Shown here: one piece after another, positions 28,982-38,644 of the stretch
How positions within the stretch are numbered: the stretch's first letter is position 1
Layout of the letters: each line of letters opens with the position of its first letter
DNA from: Deltaproteobacteria bacterium
GTDB lineage: Bacteria; Bdellovibrionota_C; UBA2361; J135
Assembly: GCA_020635175.1 (NCBI GenBank)
Contig: JACKAH010000003.1
Span: forward strand, 67,190 to 131,189
Direction: 5' to 3'
Length of the DNA stretch: 64,000 bases
The notes under the pieces: generated by a model
Told to the model about the DNA's origin: nothing
The model's database searches: none
The model's input: only the letters and a program-made list of their open reading frames with translations
Program-made: the position numbers and the translations under genes

Positions 28982-30910
28982 ATGTCAGAGACGCCAACTT
29001 CAACATCACTTGAAGCTTCTGAATACCTAACCTTTGGTGTTGGAACTGATGTCGGTCGCAAACGCGACGAAAACCAAGATTCATACGGTATCATTGAAAA
29101 GGGAAGTTCACGTTTCTTTATCGTTGCTGATGGTATGGGTGGTGCCAAAGGAGGTGCCGTTGCTTCACGTTTAGCAATTAGTTCTGTAGAGAAGTGTCTT
29201 GAAGCCTCAGGTAAAATTGGACTCGAGGATATCGTTTCATCAGTTAACATCGCGAACGCTGAAATTTTCAGTGAAGGTGTTAAAGACGAAAAACTTGCTG
29301 GGATGGGAACAACTCTGTGTGGAGTTGCTTTTGAAGATTTAAAGATGATCGTTGTCAATGTCGGTGACTCTCGAGTTTATCGAATTAGAGATGGCGAGGT
29401 ACATCAGTTAACAGAAGATCACACGTTAGTTAATGATTTATTGCGTACAGGCGCTATAACGCTAGCGCAAGCTGAAAATCATCCTGTTGCGCACATGTTG
29501 ACACGTTCACTAGGGCCAGCACCTCAGGTTGAGGTTGATTGTTGGATAGCAGAAGATGGTCCTGCAAAAAATGACATTTATCTCCTCTGCTCTGATGGTC
29601 TTTACAACGTTGTAGAAGAAGACGAGATGCTCTCTATCGTTGAGGAGAATAGTCTCGATGACGCCGTACAAGCATTGATTGATCTTGCAAATAGCCGCGG
29701 AGGGCCAGATAACATCACAATTATCTTAGTTGAGGTCAGTGCTGAATTCCCTAAATCTGCAAAAGATTATACCTCTGTCGAATATCCTCGCTCTTTCAGT
29801 CAAGCTAATGAAGAACCATTTGCTTATGCAAATGGTAGAGCTGCGCAACAAAAGCCGGAGCTTGATGAGTTTGAGATTGAAAAACCAAAGCGGAAATCAA
29901 GCTCTGTTCAAATGCGTGAGAAACGGCTTTCAGCTGAACTTGAACAAAGTACAAACTCTGCACCTCTAAAATGGTTTGGCTTGATGGTTATAGGGTTGAT
30001 TTTAGGATTCTTTCTTTCTGAAACAAAAGAATTTTTACATACGAAACGTTTAGAAAGTGGCCAAAAGGTATTAGTTAATCCGCTTGCAACTGAGATTGCA
30101 CATAGTCCTGTTGCTCTCAATACTTCTAAACCTGAGATGCAACTGAGTGTTCCTGAAAATAGCCGTCTTGTTGGTCTTGATAGTGGTCAATCTTTTTCTG
30201 ATGGATTTGATATCAATAGCAACCTAACAAAAAGTCAGGTTGATGGAATGAAGCAGAGAAAAGCTACGCTTGAAAACTTAATTCTTCAGATTGATAAAGA
30301 CCTTAATACTCTCTCTTCTGCTAGTCCTGCTAGCTTAGATCAGCGCTTAAAAGAGATAAAAACAGAGAGCGCAGCATTAGAAGCCGAGCGATATAAATTA
30401 AGCCAAGAGTTAGGGAATGCCAGTCGAAACTTAGCACTCTGGATTGAGCGCATGAAGCGTTTACAAAAATCTGATCCGGTAGATATGGCATCAGAGGTAG
30501 CTTTTAGTTCCACTTTCGTTAAAGAGAAAAAAGATCTCTTTGAAAAAGCCACCTGGGCTTATCTGAGAGAGGTTGAAGTGTGGAGATACAATCCAAGCGA
30601 TGAAGCATTGACTAAGCGTGTTTCTGAACTTGGTCGCTCACGGGAGCAGCGAAGACGAGAGCTTGCTTCAGCTGTTAAGGCAGCAATTGAAAAATCAAAA
30701 CAGGCTGCTGAGGATAGTATTACTTCTTTAAGCCAAAACAACGATGAACTCGAAGCGAAGTTAAAGAGATATTCTTCTGAGCAAGAGCTAATAGAGATAA
30801 TCCTAAAAGGCGATCAGAGCGCTAAAAGTCGCCTAAGTTCTGAACTTGAGGAGCAGCGTAGCTTGCTAAAAACAGAGCTTCAAGAGCTCTCAAATATGAT
30901 CAGTAAGTAA
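28982..30910 (+). CDS. PP2C-family Ser/Thr phosphatase fused to a TM helix and a long coiled-coil C-terminal region
   Basis: DVGRKRDENQDSY, ADGMGG and GGPDNITIILVE motifs; TM WFGLMVIGLILGFFL; about 290 aa of heptad-like sequence. Confidence 0.88.
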   Translation: MSETPTSTSLEASEYLTFGVGTDVGRKRDENQDSYGIIEKGSSRFFIVADGMGGAKGGAVASRLAISSVEKCLEASGKIGLEDIVSSVNIANAEIFSEGVKDEKLAGMGTTLCGVAFEDLKMIVVNVGDSRVYRIRDGEVHQLTEDHTLVNDLLRTGAITLAQAENHPVAHMLTRSLGPAPQVEVDCWIAEDGPAKNDIYLLCSDGLYNVVEEDEMLSIVEENSLDDAVQALIDLANSRGGPDNITIILVEVSAEFPKSAKDYTSVEYPRSFSQANEEPFAYANGRAAQQKPELDEFEIEKPKRKSSSVQMREKRLSAELEQSTNSAPLKWFGLMVIGLILGFFLSETKEFLHTKRLESGQKVLVNPLATEIAHSPVALNTSKPEMQLSVPENSRLVGLDSGQSFSDGFDINSNLTKSQVDGMKQRKATLENLILQIDKDLNTLSSASPASLDQRLKEIKTESAALEAERYKLSQELGNASRNLALWIERMKRLQKSDPVDMASEVAFSSTFVKEKKDLFEKATWAYLREVEVWRYNPSDEALTKRVSELGRSREQRRRELASAVKAAIEKSKQAAEDSITSLSQNNDELEAKLKRYSSEQELIEIILKGDQSAKSRLSSELEEQRSLLKTELQELSNMISK

Positions 30911-31073
30911 TACTCCCAGATAATTTCGGCTTATACATTAACTTCTCCGATACGGCTCCTGGCTATTACCTTTGGATTCTCTGCATCTAGCAGTGGGATC
31001 GAGGAGTATGACATTTGCGCCTCTCTCTGTTATGATTCGCCAGTCTAAATTTACGCAAGTTAAGGGATAATTA

Positions 31074-32627
31074 ATGGGAAAGGCAGCGCTTTTAAGCGTT
31101 ACAAATAAAGAGGGAATCGATCGCTTTGCTAAAAACTTAGTCGAGCAGGGCTACACAATTTTATCATCCTCAGGGACTGCCAAGTTTCTGCAAGATGCTG
31201 GTGTTAAGGTAACGCTCGTAGAGGACTATACTGGTCAGAAAGAGATCCTTGATGGTCGTGTAAAGACGCTACATCCGAAGATACATGCAGGCTTACTGGC
31301 AAAGCGTAGTAATCCGCAGCACATGCAACAACTTGCTGAAGACGATATTTTTGAAATCGATGTTGTGGCGGTGAACCTCTATCCATTTATTGAAAAGGTT
31401 CAGGGCCCAGATGGAAAAGATCCTTTGAAGATGATTGAGTTTATCGATATCGGTGGTCCAGCAATGATAAGAGCTGCTGCTAAGAACCATCCAAGTATCT
31501 TTGCCGTAATTGATCCAGCTGATTACGATCAGGTCATCGAGGCACTAAAATCAGATCAAGATAGCTTAGCTTTTCGTCGAAAGCTTGCTTCGAAAGTGTT
31601 TGCAGAGATTGCTAATTATAATCTTGAGATCGCTAAATACTTTTCAGCTGTTGATTGTGAATCAGAGGCTACGCAGAGAGGTCTTACTCCAGTTTTTGGT
31701 GAAGTACTCATGCATCAACAAGACTTGCGATACGGGGAAAACCCACATCAGTCTGCTAGGCTCTACGCTTCCTTGAGCCATACTGAAAAGGGCTGGACAC
31801 AGCTTAGTGGCAGGGAGTTGTCTTACAATAATCTCTTAGATTTTGATGCTGCATTTCGGTTGATTACTGAATTAGGTACCCGCAAGTCAGCTGCAATCTT
31901 TAAACATTTAAACCCATGTGGTGTTGGACGAGCGAATTCTTTGGTTGAAGCTCTACATTTTGCTAAGCAGGGAGACCCTCGAAGTCATTTTGGAGGCATC
32001 ATCGCTTTTAATGATATTGTTACTGAGGATGTAGCTGAAGAGATTAGAGAAGGGTTTGTGGAGATAGTATTAGCACCTGCATACGATGAAGCAGGCTTCG
32101 CTTTGCTCAAGAAACGTAAGAATTTGAGAATAATTCAAATTGACCTAAATGCATCTAAGCCAAAGTTTGAATATCGAGCTGTTCAAGGTGGAGTATTGGT
32201 TCAAGAGCGTGATCAAGGAGTACAAAATGTTTTAGAAGCGAAGGTTGTTTCTAAACGTAAGCTTACTTCTGATGAGATGGATGCGTTACAATTTGCCTGG
32301 ACTGTTTGCAGCCATGTAAAATCGAATGCAATTGTTGCTACCAATCAAGAAATGATTGTTTCTGTTGGTGCAGGGCAGATGAGTCGAGTTGATTCTGCAG
32401 AGCTATTAATCTCAAGAGCGAAACTACATGGAAATAGCCTCAGTGGTGCTGTTGCTGCATCTGATGCCTTTTTCCCATTTCCTGATTCAGTTCAGAATCT
32501 GATTAATGAAGGTGTTTCATGCATTATTGCCCCTGGTGGAGCGATGAAAGATCAAGAGGTAATAGACGCTGTCGACTCAATGGGCGCAAGTTTAGTTTTT
32601 GCAAACGAGAGACATTTTAGACACTAA
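31074..32627 (+). CDS. purH: Bifunctional AICAR transformylase / IMP cyclohydrolase
   Basis: MGS-like N-terminus ALLSVTNKEGI, KTLHPKIHAGLL, LRYGENPHQ motifs. Confidence 0.96.
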   Translation: MGKAALLSVTNKEGIDRFAKNLVEQGYTILSSSGTAKFLQDAGVKVTLVEDYTGQKEILDGRVKTLHPKIHAGLLAKRSNPQHMQQLAEDDIFEIDVVAVNLYPFIEKVQGPDGKDPLKMIEFIDIGGPAMIRAAAKNHPSIFAVIDPADYDQVIEALKSDQDSLAFRRKLASKVFAEIANYNLEIAKYFSAVDCESEATQRGLTPVFGEVLMHQQDLRYGENPHQSARLYASLSHTEKGWTQLSGRELSYNNLLDFDAAFRLITELGTRKSAAIFKHLNPCGVGRANSLVEALHFAKQGDPRSHFGGIIAFNDIVTEDVAEEIREGFVEIVLAPAYDEAGFALLKKRKNLRIIQIDLNASKPKFEYRAVQGGVLVQERDQGVQNVLEAKVVSKRKLTSDEMDALQFAWTVCSHVKSNAIVATNQEMIVSVGAGQMSRVDSAELLISRAKLHGNSLSGAVAASDAFFPFPDSVQNLINEGVSCIIAPGGAMKDQEVIDAVDSMGASLVFANERHFRH

Positions 32628-32636
32628 GAGAGAATT

Positions 32637-33875
32637 ATGAATGTATTAGTAATTGGTGCTGGTGGAAGGGAGCATTCACTGTGTTGGAGGCTTGCTAATT
32701 CGAAAACTGTCACAAGGGTATTTTGTGCCCCAGGTAATCCTGGGACTGCTCTAGTTGCAGAAAACGTTGATCTTTCTCGTACTGAAGATTTAATCGATTT
32801 TGCTAAGACAAATTCTATCGAGTTAACAGTTGTTGGCCCTGAGGCTCCACTTTGTGATGGCGTAGTTGATGAGTTCCAAAATGCTGGGCTTAGAATTTTT
32901 GGTCCGCAACATTCAGCTGCTGAGCTTGAGGCCTCTAAGGCTTTTGCTAAAGAGATAATGAATGCAGCTAAGATCCCAAATGCCGCTTGCCATGAATTTA
33001 GCGATTATGAATCAGCTAAAAGACATTGCGATAATATTTCAGCACCTGTTGTATTGAAAGCTGATGGGTTAGCTGCAGGAAAAGGTGTTGTAGTTTGTCA
33101 CAAGCAGCAGGAGATCTCTGAGGGCTTAAGTTTTTTGTTTGAAACGATTAAGGCTGACCGAGTTTTAGTTGAAGATTTTTTAGAAGGAGTTGAGGCCTCC
33201 TATATTATTGCCGCAAATGGCAAGGTTGCTGTTCCAATGGCTTCTTCTCATGACTATAAAAGATTGAACGATGGTCAAACTGGACCTAATACAGGTGGAA
33301 TGGGAACAGTTTCGCCGACAACTAACTTGACCTCGGACCAGGAGAGTTGGGTTATGCAGCATATTATGCAGCCAGTTTTAGATCAGATGGTAGCAAGAGA
33401 TAAGCCATTTAAGGGATTCTTGTATGCTGGTTTGATGATTGCACCAGATGGAACAATTAACGTCTTAGAGTTTAATGTTCGAATGGGTGATCCAGAGTGT
33501 CAATCTATTATGCGCAGATTTGAAGGTGACTTTGCGCAAATGCTAATAGCACTTTGTGATAATAAAGAGTTGCCAGAGTTCTCTTGGAGTCGTTCTGCTG
33601 CCGTATGCATAGTTGCAGCAGCTGATGGTTACCCCGTTAATGTTGTAAAAGGCGATCAGATCTTTGGGCTAGAGCAAGCCGAGCAGATACCAGGTGTTGT
33701 TGTATTTCAAGCTGGCACAAAAATTATTGATGGTAAGCTAGTAACGAACGGTGGAAGAGTTCTAAACGTAACTGCCCTTGGCGCGACGCACCAGGAAGCA
33801 AGAGCGAATGCATATAAGGCTATGGATATGGTACAATTTCGTGGTAAGCATATCAGAAGAGATATAGGAGCATAG
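32637..33875 (+). CDS. purD: Phosphoribosylamine-glycine ligase
   Basis: MNVLVIGAGGREHSLCWRL N-terminus, ATP-grasp core, GGRVLNVTALG. Confidence 0.96.
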   Translation: MNVLVIGAGGREHSLCWRLANSKTVTRVFCAPGNPGTALVAENVDLSRTEDLIDFAKTNSIELTVVGPEAPLCDGVVDEFQNAGLRIFGPQHSAAELEASKAFAKEIMNAAKIPNAACHEFSDYESAKRHCDNISAPVVLKADGLAAGKGVVVCHKQQEISEGLSFLFETIKADRVLVEDFLEGVEASYIIAANGKVAVPMASSHDYKRLNDGQTGPNTGGMGTVSPTTNLTSDQESWVMQHIMQPVLDQMVARDKPFKGFLYAGLMIAPDGTINVLEFNVRMGDPECQSIMRRFEGDFAQMLIALCDNKELPEFSWSRSAAVCIVAAADGYPVNVVKGDQIFGLEQAEQIPGVVVFQAGTKIIDGKLVTNGGRVLNVTALGATHQEARANAYKAMDMVQFRGKHIRRDIGA

Positions 33876-33876
33876 T

Positions 33877-34365
33877 TTGAACTTATCTAAAGATCTTTCG
33901 AAGATAAAATTTGTTGGGTTTGATTTAGACGGAACACTAACTGACGGTGGCTTTTATTATCTAGGTGATGGTAAGTGGGGCCAAAGATTCTCTGTGAAGG
34001 ACGGCTATGGAATTAAACTGCTTCAGCGTGCAGGTATAGAGGTTGGATTTATTACTAACTCAAAATTTGAATCAGCTCGGGAAAGGGCGAAGATGTTAGC
34101 TGTCGAAGAAGCACATTTTGGTATCCACGATAAGATTACTGTTTGGAATGAAATTGTTGCAAGGAAAGGACTTTCTCCAGAGGAAACTGCCTATATGGGG
34201 GATGATCTTCCTGATATTCCAATCCTAAAGATTGCAGGCTTTTCTGCTACCGTTCCTGATGCAGAGGAGTATATTACTGAGTGTTGTGATTATGTCTGTA
34301 AACGTCCGACTGGAAACGGTGCTGCAAGGGAGTTTATTGATTTAATTTTAAAGGCCAAAAGTTGA
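33877..34365 (+). CDS. kdsC: KDO 8-phosphate phosphatase (HAD family, KdsC type)
   Basis: FDLDGTLTDG, FSVKDGYGIKLL and YMGDDLPDIPIL motifs; TTG start. Confidence 0.85.
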   Translation: MNLSKDLSKIKFVGFDLDGTLTDGGFYYLGDGKWGQRFSVKDGYGIKLLQRAGIEVGFITNSKFESARERAKMLAVEEAHFGIHDKITVWNEIVARKGLSPEETAYMGDDLPDIPILKIAGFSATVPDAEEYITECCDYVCKRPTGNGAAREFIDLILKAKS

Positions 34366-34673
34366 TAAGAAAGATATTTCTATTATCTCTCCTCATCTCC
34401 AGTGCAGCTTGTGCTGACCAGATCAAAATTTTGGGTACTACTGGACTTACGCGTGCAGTTGCAAATCTAAAAGAAGCCCAAGTCATAGTAACAGCTCAAA
34501 AGCCACTAGCTGTTACGACTTTATCACTTCAAAACATCGATGGACTCAAGCCTCAGGAATCTGCAAAGGCAGACGAAAATGGGGTTTTTAAGTTTGAAAG
34601 CGTTCCAGATGGTACCTGGAAAATAGTTGGGCGTGGGATGAAAATCTTAGATGTTAAAATTATTGCTAGGTAA
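34362..34673 (+). CDS. Small exported or lipo-protein with a carboxypeptidase-regulatory-like beta domain
   Basis: Signal peptide with SAAC lipobox-like site; DENGVFKFESVPDGTWKI motif. Confidence 0.55.
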   Translation: MIRKIFLLSLLISSAACADQIKILGTTGLTRAVANLKEAQVIVTAQKPLAVTTLSLQNIDGLKPQESAKADENGVFKFESVPDGTWKIVGRGMKILDVKIIAR

Positions 34674-34675
34674 TT

Positions 34676-35710
34676 ATGAAAGCAGTCTATTTTGAAAATC
34701 ATGGTGAACTTGATGTTTTGAAGTATGGAGATCTTCCTGATCCTGAAGAAACACCAGGACATGCTATCGTTAAGGTCAAGGCTGTAGCACTTAATCATCT
34801 AGATATCTGGGTTCGTAAAGGATGGAGTGGTTTGAATCTTGATTTACCCCATATTGGAGGGAGTGATATCTCAGGAGAAGTTGTTTCAGTTAATGGAGCC
34901 AATACAAACTTAAGCAAGGGTGATCGAGTTATTGTTAATCCTGGCATCAACACAATTCAGGATAAATGGACTAGAAACGGGGAGGGTAGTGTAAGCCCTG
35001 GTTATAAGATTATCGGCGAGCAGTTAAAAGGTGGCATGGCTGAATACGTTTCGGTTCCAGTGCAAAACCTGTTTAAAATACCAGATGGAATTAGTTTTGC
35101 AGAAGCTGCTGCACCAATTCTAGTTGGAATGACAGCGTGGCGTATGCTTGTTAAACGCGCAGAGCTTCAAGCTGGGCAAACTGTGCTTATTGTTGGAGCT
35201 GGTGGGGGAGTGAACTCGATAAGTATCGCTTTAGCCACAGCAATGGGTGCCGAAGTTTTTGCATTAACAAGCAACGAAGATAAAATGTTAAAGGCTCAAA
35301 GCCTAGGTGCAAAGCATGTCATAAATTATAAAGATAACCCTAAATGGGCTGTTGAGATTTTGAAACTTACTAAAGGTAACGGTGTTGATGTTGTAGTTGA
35401 CAATGTAGGTGTAGCAACCTTTGATCAAAGTATTCGTGCAGTCGCGCGAGGTGGAAAGATCGTTACGGTTGGAAATACCAGTGGATTTAATATCTCATTC
35501 GATAACAGGTTTATCTTTTCTAAGCAGATCTCTCTTATAGGTTCAACTATGGGCAGTGCTCAGGACTTTATCGACGTGATGGAGTTTATCTGGTCTCAGA
35601 ATATTCCACCGATTATCGATCGAGTTGAATCCCTAAAAGACGGAATCGACATGTTTAAGTATCTAGAGAAAGGTGAGCAGTTTGGGAAAATTATTCTTGA
35701 GCCGCGTTAG
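34676..35710 (+). CDS. Zinc-type alcohol dehydrogenase / quinone oxidoreductase family protein
   Basis: MDR fold: GGSDISGEV, Rossmann VLIVGAGGGVNS. Confidence 0.88.
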   Translation: MKAVYFENHGELDVLKYGDLPDPEETPGHAIVKVKAVALNHLDIWVRKGWSGLNLDLPHIGGSDISGEVVSVNGANTNLSKGDRVIVNPGINTIQDKWTRNGEGSVSPGYKIIGEQLKGGMAEYVSVPVQNLFKIPDGISFAEAAAPILVGMTAWRMLVKRAELQAGQTVLIVGAGGGVNSISIALATAMGAEVFALTSNEDKMLKAQSLGAKHVINYKDNPKWAVEILKLTKGNGVDVVVDNVGVATFDQSIRAVARGGKIVTVGNTSGFNISFDNRFIFSKQISLIGSTMGSAQDFIDVMEFIWSQNIPPIIDRVESLKDGIDMFKYLEKGEQFGKIILEPR

Positions 35711-36113
35711 TCTCGCCAAATCTTCTTGCCAAGAACTCATTTACGTCAGGAGTTCTGCTTAGCTCCGTATCTGTCTCTATTCCTTCGCTCATTATCTCCG
35801 GCGTTTGAATTGGAAATGTTGGTCTAGCTTCTAACTCTTCTCTTTCTTCAACTACTGAAAGGCTAGCTCTATCTTCGGCAACTCTAGCTTCAAATTGTCT
35901 TCTAAGTGGAAGAGCTTCCCGAGCAATTGAGTCTGAGCCAATATCTACTACAGGGGTTCTCATTGAAGCTTGATCTACATCGGACAGCAATCCTGTTAGT
36001 TCAGCCTCAAATTGCAGTTGCTGCATAAAGGCATCAAGCTCTCTATCGGTAAAAAGTGTTTCTTGTTGTTCTGCGGCTGCTTGTGGTTCTTCAAGCATTG
36101 AAGCGTAAGACAT
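35691..36113 (-). CDS. Hypothetical acidic protein
   Basis: 140-aa ORF rich in Glu/Asp/Gln, no recognisable motif; 3' end overlaps the ADH gene by 20 nt (convergent). Confidence 0.45.
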   Translation of the reverse strand: MSYASMLEEPQAAAEQQETLFTDRELDAFMQQLQFEAELTGLLSDVDQASMRTPVVDIGSDSIAREALPLRRQFEARVAEDRASLSVVEEREELEARPTFPIQTPEIMSEGIETDTELSRTPDVNEFLARRFGETNAAQE

Positions 36114-36190
36114 CTGCTAACCTATTATTAAACCTAAAAATCCTCATAGATAGTTATGAGGCTATTTAATATACAGGTAACATTATATTA

Positions 36191-36970
36191 TTATGGCTTT
36201 TCAAGGGCTTGAGACTTGCGTTTTTCGACCATGTCTTTGACACGTTCGCTTGCACCCTCATAATCTTGGATCTCGCTTTCTTCTTTTGGCTTTTCTAGAT
36301 GGCCAAAGATCTCAACGGCAGTTTCGTAATATTTACGCAGCATCTTTTCGTCGAAACCTTCAAGGACCGCTAACCTTTTGCGGAACTCAAGCATGGCAGC
36401 TTTTGCAATATTTTGTGATGGCTTATTTGCCACGATCTCATCAAGGTCTGAGATGATATCTTTTATCAACCAGGCAATTGGGGATTCTGGATTAGAGAAA
36501 TCTTCACCCTTAAGGCAAGATTTAATGACATTGCTGATATCATGCGCTGAATATGGTTCAAAAAGCATTGCATCAGCATCAACTAAAATTCCAGTTTCAA
36601 TGCATTTTTGCCTGCACTTTGTTTCGCCATCTACAGTTAGAACAAACTTTATTGTGAAATCTTGGCGCTTTTCTTTGATCTCTTTTATAAATGCCGCCAT
36701 CCTTTCTGTTTCAAGCCGTCGAGAGAGGTAAACAAAGAACGAAAGGTTTGCCCCCTTTAAAGCATCAAGTACAGGGCTTAAGATTTGCTGTTTTGCTTCG
36801 TCTAGTGATTGCTCCTGAATAATCCTTTCAAAGAGCTCAGCAACTGACATAGCATATTTGAGCCGATGTCGGCTCTGGGAGTTTGGATCTATTAAAAAAG
36901 CTGCTACTCTACTGATTGCGTTCATATAAATTTTAAAAATGGGTGCGCGACTAGGCTCCTCAACGTGCAT
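36191..36970 (-). CDS. Hypothetical protein, possibly a degenerate receiver-like fold plus a helical C-terminus
   Basis: 259-aa ORF; alternating beta/alpha pattern (RVAAFLIDPN ... LSFFVYLS ... FVLTVDG ... LFEPYS) without a phospho-acceptor Asp or conserved Lys. Confidence 0.5.
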   Translation of the reverse strand: MHVEEPSRAPIFKIYMNAISRVAAFLIDPNSQSRHRLKYAMSVAELFERIIQEQSLDEAKQQILSPVLDALKGANLSFFVYLSRRLETERMAAFIKEIKEKRQDFTIKFVLTVDGETKCRQKCIETGILVDADAMLFEPYSAHDISNVIKSCLKGEDFSNPESPIAWLIKDIISDLDEIVANKPSQNIAKAAMLEFRKRLAVLEGFDEKMLRKYYETAVEIFGHLEKPKEESEIQDYEGASERVKDMVEKRKSQALEKP

Positions 36971-37118
36971 CTAAATCTAGTAATTGTAGAGATCGGTGCA
37001 TTCTGTCGATTACTGAAGTACAAGGGGAGAGAGCTCAAACTATGTTTAAGTATGCGAATTTAAATGATTCTCCCGAGCGTTTTTGGGGCATAACTCTAAT
37101 ACTAAGAATTTTTCGTAG

Positions 37119-37466
37119 GTGGTTGATATGTTTCGTTTCCTAGTAGGTTTTTTTGGCTCACTTCTTATAACAAACTGGATTTATTCAGAAATTACTCTTT
37201 TTTACCCTGATTTCGAAGCAATAGCTGAGGAGTTTACTGAGTCTTTTAGCTTACCAACTCATTTAGATCTTGATGGGTTAGAGGGCTATCTTTTAGCTGC
37301 TGACCACTTCCTTGCTGGCTCAGTTAGAGGGGCTGTTGCCATGACTAATCAGATAGATCTGTCTTCAGCTAGTTCAAAGACCCAAAATTTTGATGATAGA
37401 TATAGGCTTTATGAGATGGTTACAGATGAAGATATGTTCTCTGAACCGATGCCTTATCAGCTTTAA
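37119..37466 (+). CDS. Hypothetical small membrane-anchored protein
   Basis: 115-aa ORF with a hydrophobic N-terminus FRFLVGFFGSLLITNWIY. Confidence 0.4.
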   Translation: MVDMFRFLVGFFGSLLITNWIYSEITLFYPDFEAIAEEFTESFSLPTHLDLDGLEGYLLAADHFLAGSVRGAVAMTNQIDLSSASSKTQNFDDRYRLYEMVTDEDMFSEPMPYQL

Positions 37467-37888
37467 GCAACCTGATTAATAGGTTTTTGGCCCGTTGCTT
37501 CTCTAATGTTGTTCTGATTCTTAACTCGACGATCTTCGTTACTTGATTTCTGATCGTCTCGTTCTTCATTTAAACGTGCAATGTTTTCCTGATTTTCTAC
37601 CCTTTCTTCTTCAACCTCCTGTTTTCTACGTTGGTATTGAGCTGTCACAGCATTATCAGCAGCTCTGTTTCGAGCATCATAGACTAAATTTGCTTTGGTG
37701 TTTCTTAACTGTTCTCTGGCCTGCTTCTTTTCTGTCGCGATCTCAGCGTTTGCTAAGCCATCACCATTTCTTTGAATCTTACTTCTTTTCGAACCTGCGC
37801 CTTTACCCCGAGATTCGTTTCCAGAGACGAGTTTCTGCTCTGCCTGAACCTGTCCAATACGTCTGCCAACATTTCGTATATTAGTCAT
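37463..37888 (-). CDS. Hypothetical highly charged (Arg/Lys/Glu/Asn/Gln-rich) protein
   Basis: 141-aa ORF downstream of trxA on the same strand; low-complexity charged sequence. Confidence 0.45.
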   Translation of the reverse strand: MTNIRNVGRRIGQVQAEQKLVSGNESRGKGAGSKRSKIQRNGDGLANAEIATEKKQAREQLRNTKANLVYDARNRAADNAVTAQYQRRKQEVEEERVENQENIARLNEERDDQKSSNEDRRVKNQNNIREATGQKPINQVA

Positions 37889-37970
37889 AGAGTAGACCTC
37901 TGCAATTTCAGTTCAATCAGTGTACTTTATAAATTTCGTAATAGATCGCCGAATTGCTTAGGATCTGGGG

Positions 37971-37997
37971 CAAAAAAAAACCCTCGCATAGCGAGGG
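37971..37997 (-). terminator. Intrinsic terminator of trxA
   Basis: On the minus strand: ccctcgc-tat-gcgaggg hairpin followed by a run of ten T. Confidence 0.85.
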
Positions 37998-38031
37998 TTT
38001 ATCGAAATTGAATGAGTATTCTAGCTTAATA

Positions 38032-38358
38032 CTAAACTACTTTATCAACAGCACTTGTTAGTTGCTCTTTTGGTACAGCACCAACAATCTGTTCAACAAC
38101 TTCACCGCCTTTAAAAAGGACTAGGTTAGGGATCCCTCTAACCCCATATTTTGTAGGAGTTTGTGGGTTATCATCTACGTTAAGTTTTACAAATTTTACT
38201 TTTCCAGCGTAATCCCCAGCCATCTCTTCAAGCACTGGAGCAATACTCTTACAAGGCCCGCACCATGGTGCCCAAAAATCAACCAAAACAGGAACGTCAG
38301 AATTCAATACCTGCTCTTCAAAATCAGCATCGCCTATATCAGAAACATTACCGGCCAT
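38032..38358 (-). CDS. trxA: Thioredoxin
   Basis: 108 aa, WAPWCGPCK active site. Confidence 0.96.
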   Translation of the reverse strand: MAGNVSDIGDADFEEQVLNSDVPVLVDFWAPWCGPCKSIAPVLEEMAGDYAGKVKFVKLNVDDNPQTPTKYGVRGIPNLVLFKGGEVVEQIVGAVPKEQLTSAVDKVV

Positions 38359-38644
38359 ATTAAAAAACTCCAGTATAAATCATTATAATTAAATCGCCTT
38401 TGTATATTTAAGTATCAATTTTCAGAAGTCAACTTACAAATCTATGATCTAGTTAATCGTAAGTACCTTAACTTCCTAATAAAAATACAGTGTTAGATTT
38501 TAAGTTGAGTTACTTTAAGTAGTTTGAACCTTTTTCCGATTTAAAGCGTCTTAAGTTTAACTAACTTAAAGCATGTGAAGTATGCATGAGTAGAAGTAGG
38601 GAATGACTAATTTTTGATTTACAGGGTTTGTATGAGGATAAGAT

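Noticed and set aside
30911-31073. Possible ZTP (pfl) riboswitch in the 163-nt region upstream of purH
   Set aside because: purH is a classic ZTP-riboswitch target, but I could not find the conserved core elements (GGGUCGUGACUGGCG-like 5' subdomain, CCGCCUGGGC-like 3' element) in the correct order. Only vague fragments are present.
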